From NCBI GenBank assembly GCA_964016885.1, contig OZ024742.1, positions 303,986,001 through 304,050,000 on the forward strand: a stretch of 64,000 nucleotides of DNA. Reading direction: 5' to 3'. The notes under the pieces were generated by a model. The model was not told the DNA's origin and did no database searches. It saw only the letters and a program-made list of their open reading frames with translations. Position 1 is the stretch's first letter. Every line of letters starts with the position of its first letter. Source of the stretch: Eledone cirrhosa. Taxonomy: Eukaryota. This document shows positions 40,329 to 52,110 of the stretch, piece after piece. The position numbers and the translations under genes were made by a program.

Positions 40329-40922
40329 AGGGCGTCGGATTGGCAGTATCGGTAGAGGGTCGGACGCCATGCTTTGAGGTATAGAGTTACGACCCTTGCC
40401 ATTCTGCGTTCAAATCCCGCCGAGGTTAACTTTGCCTTTCATCCTTACGGGGTCGATAAAATAAATTACGAGTAAAACAATGTGTAATTGCTGGCCTTGT
40501 GCCAAAAGTAGAAACAATTATATGATCAGAGGGCGGTAAATTGGCAGTATCGGTAGAAGGTTGGACGCCATGCTTTCTAGCATAGTTACGTCCCTTTACA
40601 GTCTGAGTTCAAATCCCGCCGAGGTTAACTTTGCCTTTCATCCTTACGGGGTCGACAAAATAAAGTGCCAGTTACGTACTGGGTAATTGCTGGCCTTGTG
40701 CCTAAAGTAGAAACAAGTATATGATCAGTAAACGGACATCATTATATGATCAGACGGTGGATTGGCAGTGTTGGTAGAGGATAGGACGCCATGCTTTGAC
40801 GCATAGAGTTACGGCTCTTGCCATTCTGAGTTCAAATCCCGCCAAGATTAACTTTGCCTTTCATCCTTACAGGGTCGATAAAATAAAGTACCAGTAATAA
40901 ACTGGGTAATTACTGGCCTTGT
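40329..40922 (+). mobile_element. Three head-to-tail SINE copies (40329-40520, 40530-40716, 40755-40922)
   Basis: Each has an A box, B box, central domain and 3' end. Each is preceded by TATATGATCAGA. Confidence 0.92.
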
Positions 40923-43580
40923 GGATGCGCCGTGAAACTCGGGAAAGCAGAGGGTGCCAGATCGGTCGGAGGTATAGGGTTCATCGTAAGCAAGGAATGG
41001 GCTTCGTAGGTCGCTTCTTGCCAGTTCCTATCGTCACGGATTGGTGTACTGAACGTGAAGCTCTCAGGGAAGGCCACCTTCAAGATCGTCCAGACCTATG
41101 CTTCCACAAGTGCCAGCGACAACGATGAAGTGGAAGAATTCTATGGCCAGCTGGACAAAGTGCTAGCTGTGAAGTCCACTTACACCGTCGTGATGGGAGA
41201 CTTCAACGCAAAGGTCGGACAGGGACTGCAAGAGGAAGAGAATGTCGGAAGATTCGGCCTAGGAGAGCGAAATGAGAGAGGAGAGCGTCTAGTCACCATG
41301 GCGGAGGCGAGACGGCTCTACATCGGAAACAGCCTATTTAGGAAGAAGGAGGAGAAGAGATGGATCTGGATATCGCCAAATTCTGAGCACCAAAACGAGA
41401 TCGACTACATCCTGGTCAACAAGCGACGCATACTGCAGTTCATCTCCGTCATAACGCCATTCAACACTGGCAGTGATCATCGTCTGGTGAGGGCGAAGGT
41501 CATCATCGACCGGACGAGGGAGAAGAAGGCTCTGCATTTGGCGTCGAAGGGACAACGCGTCCGGGTCTTCAACGAGGCGCAGCTGCAGGAAGCCATCATG
41601 CAGGAAAAATGGCATCAAGGAGACAGCATAGACGCTGACTACAACTCACTGATAAGGAAACTGAAGGAGTGCTTGAGGAAGGCTAAGGGTGTATGCCCGA
41701 GGGAGCCGAAGGGAAGAGTCTCGGAGGAAACTATGAAGTTACTTGAGAAGAGGAAGTCTATGAAGAGGACACCTGAAGATCATCTCGAATATTCCCTTCT
41801 CAGCAGAGTGATACGTCAACAACTGAAGAGAGACTTCGAGGCATACCGAATGGAGAAGCTCCTGAAGGCCTCAAAGGAAAAGATTAGCCTCAAGAAATGC
41901 GAGAGGGACATGGCAATGTACAGATCGGAGGTGACAAACCTGAAGAACACAGCTGGAGTACCGGTCAGCGACAAGAGTGAGGCGGAAAAGGTTTGCGAAG
42001 ACGTCTACACCAAGCTCTTCACGTCTGCTGTGAATGTGCAGTCGTTGCCGTCACTCCAACAGGAAGAAAAACGTGCCACCCATCCTTGTCAGTGAATTTG
42101 AAAGAGACATCGACTTGATGAAAAGCGGAAAGGTGCCAGGGAAAGACGGCATAACATCGGAGCTGTTGAAGTAAGGCGGAGAGTAGCTCTGGAAAATCTT
42201 CGCCGAGCGATTCACACACTATCTGGACGAGGGAAGAATACCCTCGCAGTGGAAAGAGTCGAATACCATCCTGCTATACAAGAAGGGTGATAGAGAAGAT
42301 CTGAAGAACTACCGACCCATATGCCTGCTGTCTCACGTGTACAAGCTGTTCACGAAGATATTCCAGAACAGGTTATCTCGTCATCTGGAAGAAGAGCAAC
42401 CGAGAGAGCAAGCCGGCTTCTGGAAGAACTACAGCACGATGGACCACATATTTACTCTGACACAACTGCTTGAGCGAGCGAAAGAGTACAAGATGCCTCT
42501 TTGCGTCGCGTTCGTAGACTACGAGAAGGCCTTCGACAGCATCGAAATCAACGCAGTGCTGAACTCGTGGCTGAGGCAAGGAGTCAAGGCGCAATACGTT
42601 CAACTGCTCAAGGAGGCGAATTCCGGATACAGCACCGACAAAGCTCTGCTGTCATCACCCGTACGAGTGCCGGTCGAGAAGAGAGTGAAGCAAGGAGATA
42701 CCATCTCTCCAAAACTTTTCACCGCGTGTCTCGAGCAGATCATCAGAGGCATTGACTGGCAAGGTGGTGTCAACATCAACAGCGAGATATTTGCCCACCT
42801 CCGTTTCGCAGATGACATCGTACTCATCTCTCAAACCACGGAACAGCTTCAGACCATGCTGACGGAGCTCGACATCAAAAGCTCTGCAGTAGGCCTCAAG
42901 ATGAATCGCATGAAAATGAAATTCATGCGGTCCGACAACGTACCAACAGGTCGAATGGTAGTTGGTGGTGATGAACTAGAGGAGGTGGAGGAATACGTCT
43001 ACCTAGGACAAGAAGTGAACATGCGCCGAGACATTAAGAAGGAGATCTCGTGGAGAGTAAGGGCCGGGTGGAAGGCGTTCAACAGCATAAGGGATGTGCT
43101 CAAGGAGAGGTTGGACAAGACCACCCGCGCCAACCTCTTCAATAGCACAGTTTTACCTGCAATGTTATATGGCAGTGAAACTTGGGCTACAACGAAGAGA
43201 GAAGAGCAGAGGCTGGTAACGGCTCAATGAACCATGGAGAGATCAATGCTAAGAATCTCGTTGTGAGAGCACATCAGGAGCGAAGTCATCAGACAGAAGT
43301 CCGGCGTGAAGGACGTCATCACGGAATATATGCGCAGCAAGTTCAGATGGGCTGGACACGTCGCCCGGTTCACCGATAATCGGTGGACCCGCGCAGTTGC
43401 CGAGTGGTATCCGGGCGAGCGGAAACGACCACTCGGAAGGCCTCCATGAAGGTGGAGTTACGATTTTAGGAATATGATTGGGACTACATGGATGAGGAAA
43501 GCACGATCCAGAGAGGAATGGACGGCGTGCTGTGACCAGCAGCGCCGAATGGACGCCCGACAGACTGGTCGGTCAAGATG
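40922..43580 (+). pseudogene. RTE ORF (APE endonuclease plus reverse transcriptase) with stops and a frameshift
   Basis: VGGIGFIV; VMGDFNAKVG; NEIDYIL; TGSDHRLV; EQAGF; FVDYEKAFDSI; VKQGDTISPKLF; LRFADDIVL; EYVYLGQ; LYGSETW; RWAGHVAR. Confidence 0.93.
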
Positions 43581-43603
43581 ATCAAGGTCATATACTACTA
43601 CTA

Positions 43604-43664
<61 letters not shown>
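40922..43664 (+). mobile_element. RTE-clade LINE lacking its 5' end, with (TAC)n tail
   Basis: APE plus RT reading frame with few lesions; 3' tail (TAC)n at 43593-43664. Confidence 0.93.
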
Positions 43665-43665
<1 letters not shown>

Positions 43666-44089
43666 TGAGATTGTGTGCTTGCCTGTAATTTAACACAACC
43701 AAAGCGGCACATAAGCATAATGTGAAAATTCTTTGAAATAAGGTTGCCTCTGAAATGGGAATATAAATAGGATAAAACAAGTTTCTCGTAAATCAGAGCA
43801 CTGGTTGCCGAGATACGGGGTTTTTCCGGGTAATTTCATAATTAGAAGGAAAGAAAGATAGCAAGAACGAGAAAGTGGTAGTGAGAGAGCATATTGAAAG
43901 AGAGACATAGAGAGAGAGAGAGGAGGGAGAGATGAGAGAGAGAGAGAGAGAGAGAGAGAGGAGGGAGAGATGAGAGAGAGAGAGAGAGAGAGAGAGAGGA
44001 GGGAGAGATGAGAGAGAGAGAGCTGGTGGTGTTGTTGAATGAAATTATAACAAGTGACTTCAAAGAATTACTGTATCAAAGAACTATGT

Positions 44090-44310
44090 TAATGTTCTTA
44101 TTGTTGTAGTTGGTGTTGTTCGTGTTGTCGGTGTTGTTGTTCTTCTTATTGGTGCTGTTGCTCTTGTTGTTGCTGCTGTTATTGGTGTTGTCATTTTTCT
44201 TCCCATTTGTATTTTCACTGTTGTTGGTGCTGTTGTCGTTGTTGCTGCTGTTGTTGGTGTCGTCATTATTGTTGACGTAGTTGTTATTATTGGTGCTGCT
44301 GTTGGCGATA
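44090..44310. repeat. Degenerate (TTG/CTG)n trinucleotide tract
   Basis: Direct inspection. Confidence 0.85.
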
Positions 44311-44628
44311 CTGCCTAAGGTGGTGTCTGTGTTCATATATGTTGTGGGAGGGGCAGCGTTATTCTCCTCAACATTTAAACCGAAGTCAGGTGACTGCAGA
44401 CTCAAACTTGGCGGCGTGGTTCCGCCATGTTTTTTTTTCGAAAAAAATCATACACATTTCAAATATTTGGCTCATAATGCCCAAATATTATAGTTTCGTC
44501 TTCACAGGCAAGGTCCAAGGTCTTATGCCCCTTTCACAACAAGAAATATTTACAATAAATGATTTATGATAGGTAAATAAAGAGACGTACGGGCGCGAGC
44601 AAATCGACGTCCGATCACACCAATAACC

Positions 44629-44667
<39 letters not shown>

Positions 44668-44670
<3 letters not shown>

Positions 44671-44851
44671 TGTTTCTACTTTTGGCACAGGGCCAGCAAT
44701 TATCCCAGTGCAATACTGATACTTTATTTTATCGACCCCGTAAGGATGAAAGGCAAAACTAACCTCAGTGGGATTTGAACTCAGAACGTAAAGGGACGTA
44801 ACTCTAGGTTTTGAAGCTTGATGTCCGATGCACTATTGATACTGCCAATCC
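44668..44851 (-). mobile_element. tRNA-derived SINE with (ATT)n tail
   Basis: Reverse complement of the family motifs; (AAT)n at 44629-44669. Confidence 0.88.
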
Positions 44852-45407
44852 AAAATAATGATAATAATATTAGTGTTAATAATACTAATAATAATAATGT
44901 TCATAATTATTAACAAGATAATTCCAAGATGTCCCTAAAACCACATTTACCGCAACCACCACCACCACCACCACCACCACCACCACTAAGAACTACACCT
45001 TCACCATAACCCTCATCATCTTATCCCTTCCACTCAAAGACCATCGTCTCTATCTTCATATTCATTATTTCCACACCACTTGTCTCATTCACATATCAAC
45101 TGCTAACTCTCATTCCACGACCCCCACAGCATCCGTCATAATTTACTAAAAACTATACCACACCACTCCACCACACGAATCTACCACAACACTCCATTTT
45201 ATACGCCCCACACTTCTACCTTCCGTATATGTTTCCTTTTTTGACACAGTACACGTTAATTTCACATAATTTTGACAAAAATCTATTATTGAATACAATC
45301 TTTGCCTAAAGCCATTTTGATTTAAAAAATGCTTTCCTTCTATATTTATGTTTTTATTCATATGTTCTTTATTAGCAATATTGACATTGTTATTATTTAT
45401 ATTGCTG

Positions 45408-45476
<69 letters not shown>

Positions 45477-45689
45477 TATATTATTATCACCACCCTAAAT
45501 GTTCAACGCGGTGGAAACAATAATAGCTAAGCCATCGATGCGGCACCAACACCATGGAATTAATGCAAAATCTTTACGTCATTTGCCAGAAATAATAGTC
45601 AAACCTCAATTCTAATACAACTCTTAGATATAGAGTGAACACCTAAAGTGACAGGGATGAGCACATCAGGAGACCTACACGGACATCTC

Positions 45690-46055
45690 AACATTATACC
45701 CATCATCGTCAGCAGCCTCACAACCCTTAACATTATCATCGATATTATCATCATCAAATTCATCATCATTGTCATCATCATCATCAGCAGCAGCAGGAAC
45801 ATCGTCATCATCATCATCATCATCATCATAAACATTATCATCCCCTTCATCATCATCATCATCGCGAACATACACTTGGCGGGGCATATCATCAGCACAC
45901 ATTATCATCATTATCATCATCATCACGTTCCTCATCACTTTATTAATTGTAGATTGTTCTATTATCATCATGATCATAATCCTCCCCATCTTCACCCCCA
46001 ACACACTATACCAACGCTCCTAACATTATCATCATAACCATTATCATTGTCATCA
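45690..46055. repeat. Degenerate (ATC)n tract
   Basis: Direct inspection. Confidence 0.85.
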
Positions 46056-46353
46056 GAATAACTTTCCTCATTAGATTAGCATTTATTGTAAACAGTATCA
46101 CGGAATATATTTATATTTTTCTGTATATTTTTTAAAGTTTCATTTCTATTCCATCAGCTGCCTTTTGCGGTCGACTTTCCTTGAAACTTTCCTTAAAATG
46201 TTCTTCTTTTCTTCTTAAAAATAGAAATAAAAACTTGATGTTTTGCTTTTTGAGTTAGAACGTGAGATTTCGTTTCCAAATTCTTCGCCTGAATGTTGAG
46301 TTTTGTCGAAGAGTGGCATGAATCGGCTTGAAACTTAATATAACCTGAATAAG

Positions 46354-46448
<95 letters not shown>

Positions 46449-46454
46449 CAGAGA

Positions 46455-47240
46455 ATGAGTCCGTTCTTTTAATAATCTTGTACTGATTATTATTTCTTTT
46501 CAGATAAATGATGATAGCCATCAAGCTATCTCATCAAATGAAAAAGAACGCTGTAATCGTTGCTTTGAAAGCAGATAGAGGGGTTTAGAGATTACACGCT
46601 TCCTAAAAGATGCACGGTCATTTGCTGGCAAAGTTCGCAAGGAGCTGGAAGACCTAGGTGGGGCTACAACAGCAGTAGTGAAGCGTAAAACGCCGGTTAA
46701 GCGGCCTAATACCTCAGAAACCTAAATTCCTTGGAAAGGTGCCGAAAAGTATCGATACGAACACCAGAAAGTTTTGTGACGCCTTGGATAGGGAGCATTG
46801 GGAAAGGAAGACCGTCCACATTCCAACAAGACACTATAAAATCTCATAAGCCCATGAATGGATGCGTTACAATTTATACGATAACGTCACACCAAAACTA
46901 TGGCCTTCTATCTCTCTAGACCTGAATCCGTTGGACCAATACGTATGGGGTGGGGGTAGTCAAGAAGGAAGATAATCAACGCCCCCATAACACTTTAAAA
47001 TCTCTGAAGTGATTCATAACAAGCACAATGTCCAGGATAGAGGAACATCATCTAATTCGGGCATATCAACGTTTTAGACATAATATTGAAGCAGTCATCG
47101 ATTCATTGAGTAGGTGAGTCCTGCAGAGTCTCAAGATTAAGCATGTCAATTGTTACTCAAAGAGACGTCTTTATTCAGGACTGATGTGTCTTTTACTAAA
47201 TTCATGCCAATGTCCTCAAAGAACTAATCGAGCCCCTGCA
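46455..47240 (+). mobile_element. Decayed, internally deleted Tc1/mariner (maT-like) element
   Basis: MKKNAVIVALKA...RFLKDARSFAGKVRKELE; GRPSTFQQD; WP..SLDLNPLD.YVW; RAYQRFR..IEAVI; end CCCCTG before (TA)n. Confidence 0.7.
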
Positions 47241-48029
47241 TATATATATATCCGCTTGATGACAGTGTGAAATTTCTCATTCTGAGACTGCTGGAATTTC
47301 AAATTTGACGGTCATTCTGACACGGAAGGGGACCTTCACTGAACATTAGATATCGGTAAGAAAATTTTTTTTATATCGATGTTTGACAGGCATCCACTGA
47401 TGATTTATAAGTTCCCACCTACATATATTCTTACGGACTATGTGTAGGCTTCTACATAACCTGGACATTATTTTCCCAACTTGTAGAAAACTTATAATGA
47501 AACAATTGTTTGGAAAGGGAGATGTATTTTAATTATGTCTCATATAAAATAATACAACTGGCTATCCGCAAAATACATATAGTTAGCACCCCAAACGTAA
47601 AATTGGGATTATACTAAGGTATATCCTAATGTTTGTTGAGTGAGATGGAAGCCAGTCAGAGTATAGCTTAAAGCTTTCTCTGTTAATGTATTAAATATTA
47701 TACTCTTGATTTGGCCAGAGATGAATATTTCCAGATACCTTTTAAGTGTAACTTTCCGTATTTGTTATTTGTATGAAATATTGATAGTTATTCTGGTATC
47801 TTATCTCTATTTTTAGCCTAAGAAAATACCTATATGCGTGTATAAATAATACATGCACATATTTATTTATTTTGAAATGCGCATAATACAATACATGGAA
47901 CTATTTTAACCATCTTTTGATTTTATATTATTTATACTCCAGTCCTATAAACTGTTGAGTGCTACTTATCCGATATTTGCATTGCTTTATTGTGCTCCAA
48001 TAAAACTCACCTCCTACATATATATATAC

Positions 48030-48080
<51 letters not shown>

Positions 48081-48081
<1 letters not shown>

Positions 48082-48572
48082 GTTTAGCAAGATTCTTTAT
48101 CTGAAGACGTATGTTGAAACCGATATTGTTATACTTTGGGAGGGTCATGTCGCCAGTTACTTTCACTTCAATTTATAATAAATTTCCGGTTGGTTGGTTG
48201 GTCCCACAACCGGATGGTAGTTCATATATTGTCAAAGTTCTTTTGTCACACATTTTGTAACCTCTTCAGTGACTGGTGATTCTTTTCTTTGTTTTGTGCC
48301 TCTACTTTGTTCTGTCCTACGCCAGAAGATGGCACAGGACAGAACAAAGGAACGGCACAAAACAAAGAAAATAATCCCCAATCACTGAAGAGGTCACAGA
48401 ATGTGTGACGAAATAACTTTGACAATATATGAACAACCATCCGGTTGTGGAAGCAACCACCAACCGGAAATTTATAAAATTTATATTTATAAAATTTATA
48501 ATAAATTGAAGTGAAACAACTGGTGCGTGTGTTTCTTATTGGCAACATGACTCTCCTAAAGTATAACAATAC
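48081..48572. mobile_element. Fold-back of a PLE pseudo-LTR with hammerheads at 48231-48273 (minus, degenerate) and 48381-48423 (plus)
   Basis: Both arms match 61744-62045. Pivot at CTGTCCTACGCCAGAAGATGGCACAGGACAG. Confidence 0.88.
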
Positions 48573-48653
48573 AATATATCTATCTATATATATATATAAA
48601 TATATATATATTTTATATATGCATTTTTTTCCTATTTTTGCTCTTACATCCCC

Positions 48654-48698
<45 letters not shown>

Positions 48699-48786
48699 GC
48701 ATACATATATATATTTATATACACTTTTCCCCTTTCTTTCTCTCTCTTCTTCCTTTTATTTACTCTTACATCAACCTCTGTGTGTG

Positions 48787-48819
<33 letters not shown>

Positions 48820-48851
48820 GATATACATACATACATACATATATCTATCTA

Positions 48852-48919
<68 letters not shown>

Positions 48920-49430
48920 GGGGGATACAAGAGCAATAAAAGGAAGAAGAGGGAGGGAGAAAAAGGGAAAAAATATAAGGTGAAATGAGAAAATTTGAAA
49001 GAAGAACAATTAGAAATTTACAACTAAAATACATGAACAAACCTATGAATGAATATAAATGTTAATATCAAGGGGAAGGAAAATAATATTTAAAAACAAG
49101 TCTACAAAAATGAAAATAATCGAAAGTGAACAAAAAGAAAAGAAGTTAGGAACTATTGCATTGTAATCTACAGATTCGTCGAATATATATTTGCTGTCAC
49201 ATTATATAGATAGTGTGGCACTAAGAGGCAATCAAACGGCAAATAAAGACTTAGCGTGACACTAATAGAATATATATAAACGTGAGTGATAGGGTTTTTG
49301 CTGTCACGCTTGACTGAATTGACAAATCGGGCAGTGTGTAAAGCGATAGATAGTACGACGTTGAAAGTGAGTTTACTTAAAAAGTCCAAGAGGTTTTGTT
49401 GTGGGATATCAAAACACACAAGCAGTACAC

Positions 49431-49485
<55 letters not shown>

Positions 49486-49488
<3 letters not shown>

Positions 49489-50095
49489 TTATACTTTGGG
49501 AGGGTTATGTTGCCAATAAGAAACACACACACCAGTTGCTTTCACTCCAATTACAAAATCTTTTTCAAAAAAAAATTTTCTTTAAACAATTTTTTTTTTT
49601 TAAATTTACAAATTTCCGGTTGGTTGGATATTTGTTCATATATTGTCAAAGTTCATTCGTCACACATTCTGTGACCTCTTCAGTGACTAGGGATTATTTT
49701 CTGCCGCTTCTTTGTTCTGTCCTACACCATCTTACACAAAAACAAGATGGCGTAGGACAGAACAAAGGAGAGGCACAAAACAAAGAAAAGAATCCCCAGT
49801 CACTGAAGAGGTCACAGAATGTGTGACGAAAGAACTTTGACAATATATGAACAACTGTCCGGTTGTGGAACCAACCAACCACCCAAACGGAAATTTCTAA
49901 ATTAAAAAAAAAAAAAAAAAGAATGTTTTAAGAAAATTATTTTGAAAAAGATTTTTAATTTATAATATATTGGAGTGAAAGCAACTGGTGCATGTGTTTC
50001 TTATTAGCAACATGACCCTCCGAAAGTATAACAATATCGGTAAAAACACACGTTTTCAGATAAAGAATCTTGCTAAACAAATTCAGAAACGAAAT
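49486..50095. mobile_element. Second fold-back of the same pseudo-LTR with hammerheads at 49645-49687 (minus, GAAU) and 49799-49841 (plus)
   Basis: GTCA-CTGAAGA-G-GTCACA/TGTGAC-GAAA-GAAC-TT-TGAC. Pivot at CCATCTTACACAAAAACAAGATGG. Confidence 0.88.
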
Positions 50096-50112
50096 ATATA
50101 TATATATATGAA

Positions 50113-51037
50113 TACAAAATAGACCGAGAAACGGGACTGTCCATCATCAGTGATCTTCTGACTATCATCGATATTTCTTCGCATTAAAGACCAGATACCT
50201 CAAAATCAGTGCGGGAAATAACTAAAATAAGTTATTGGGACAAAACGAATTGGGTGGAGAAAGAGGGACAGTAAACAAACAAAAGTAGTAATACAACGTA
50301 AAGAGAGGAAATGAGAGACAAGTCAATGATACGTGTGAACATGAGTTGGACCAAATGAACGACGAGAAGACGACAGACGCGTCCGAACCCTGTGAAATGT
50401 GAGTACGAAAAGGATTTCACACAGGTCAGACGGGAGGTAGTGAGAGAGGGGGAGCAGCAGAGAGTGAGTGAGTGAAAGTGTGAGGAAGAGGCCAGCTGAG
50501 AGAGTGTGACCAGCAGAGGGAGTGAATGAAAGCAAGAGGTACAAGGAGAGAGAGAAAGAGGAGAGAGAAAGATGATAGCAATAAGGTGATAGAAAAAGGC
50601 GAACCACAGCGAGGGGAAAAATGATATATGAATAAAAAGAATGGCGTGCTGCGTTGTTGCGAGTGTGATACATATTGAATGAAAAATAGAGCGAGAAACG
50701 GGACTGTCCATCATCAGTGATCTTCTGACTATCATCGATATTTCTTCGCATTAAAGACCAGATACCTTAAAATCAGTGCGAGCAATAACTAAAATAAGTT
50801 ATTGGGACAGAGTGAATTGGGTGGAGAAAGAGGGACAGTAAACAAACAAAAGTAGTAATGCAATGTAAAGAGAGGAAATGAGAGACAAGTCAATGATACG
50901 TGTGGACTTAAGTTCGACCAAATCAACGACGAGAAGACGGCAGACGCGTCCGATCCCTGCGAAATGTGAGCAAGAAAAGGATTTCACACAGGTCAGACGG
51001 GGTGAAGTGAGAGAGGGGGAGCAGCAAAGAGTGAGTG
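50113..51037. repeat. Partial tandem duplication, period about 570 bp, between (TA)n tracts
   Basis: 50117-50470 is repeated at 50684-51037 (CGAGAAACGGGACTGTCCATCATCAGTGATC...GGGGAGCAGCA). Confidence 0.9.
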
Positions 51038-51129
51038 ATATATATATATATATTTGTATATAGTAATGATAAATACAAAGAACAAAATCCAAAGAGGACT
51101 ATATGTATATACATACATACATGCAGATC

Positions 51130-52110
51130 GACATGAAAGCACTACTCGGAAGACTGCAAAATATCAAAAAGGAATTGTTGTTAAAGCAGATAAGACCTCT
51201 AATATGTATACCATGGATATCGATACATACAGCAGTTTCATACGTAAAGAACTACATGAGAAATATAGAAAAACTAGTGAAACTGCACTAACGAACATTA
51301 ATAACGAAGCATATAAAATAGTGAAAAATCTCGAGATGGACGATAGAACCGAGCTGATTATACCCGCCACCCCCACCTTTAACCTAAAGGACCATAAGGT
51401 AAATTTTAACTCTAACCTTAAGACTAGACTTATATGCCCTTCTAAATCAGACATAGGAAAAATTAGCAAGCATATACTAGACAGGGTAATAACTCAATTG
51501 AAAAAGAAAATAGAAATTAAATTATGGGGCAACACTAGCGAAGCATCCGCTGGTTTAATAACGTTAATAACAAGAGTAACGTTAATATACACTTCGATAT
51601 AGATGAATACTACCCTTCGATCTCACCCAGTACTTTACGTAAGGCCCTATCGTTTGCCAAGGTCAATTCGGACCTAACGGAGGACGAAATTAATATTATT
51701 CTAGAGGCTAGAAAAACTATTATCAAATTTGATAACTGCTACTGGGAGCGTAAGGATAGACCCACTAACTTCGACATTACCATGAGCTCCAATGATTCGG
51801 CGGAGGTCACGGATCTTGTGAGAATTTACATAGCCCACTTACTACAGGGATAATTTAATAATCTACAGGGGGGAATATATAGAGACGACGCGCTTCTATT
51901 AGTTAATAACTTAAATAACCAGAATATAGAAAGGCTACGCAAAAACACTAGGAAATCTTTTAGCGAACTGGGTCTGAAAATAACGTATGAGTACAATCTT
52001 AAAGAAGCGAGTTTTCTAGACGTAACTCTTAATTTGAACACAGGATTGATACAACCCTTCCTTAAGAGAAACGAGAACCATATCTATATTAATTACAACT
52101 CGAATCACAC
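51130..52110 (+). pseudogene. Internal RT fragment of a Hydra-like Penelope element
   Basis: VKADKTSNMY; LKDHK; RLICPSKSDIGKISK; FDIDEYYPSIS; FDITMSSNDSAEVTDLV; GGIYRDDAL; FLDVTLNL; NSNH. Confidence 0.88.

Noticed and set aside
44076-46037. Asn-, Thr-, Asp- and Met-rich ORFs
   Set aside because: Degenerate trinucleotide repeats that are open in several frames on both strands.
48095-48130. CTGAAGACGTATGTTGAAACCGATA, a possible antisense hammerhead in the pseudo-LTR
   Set aside because: Other copies read CTGAAAA without a compensating change and stem II does not pair.
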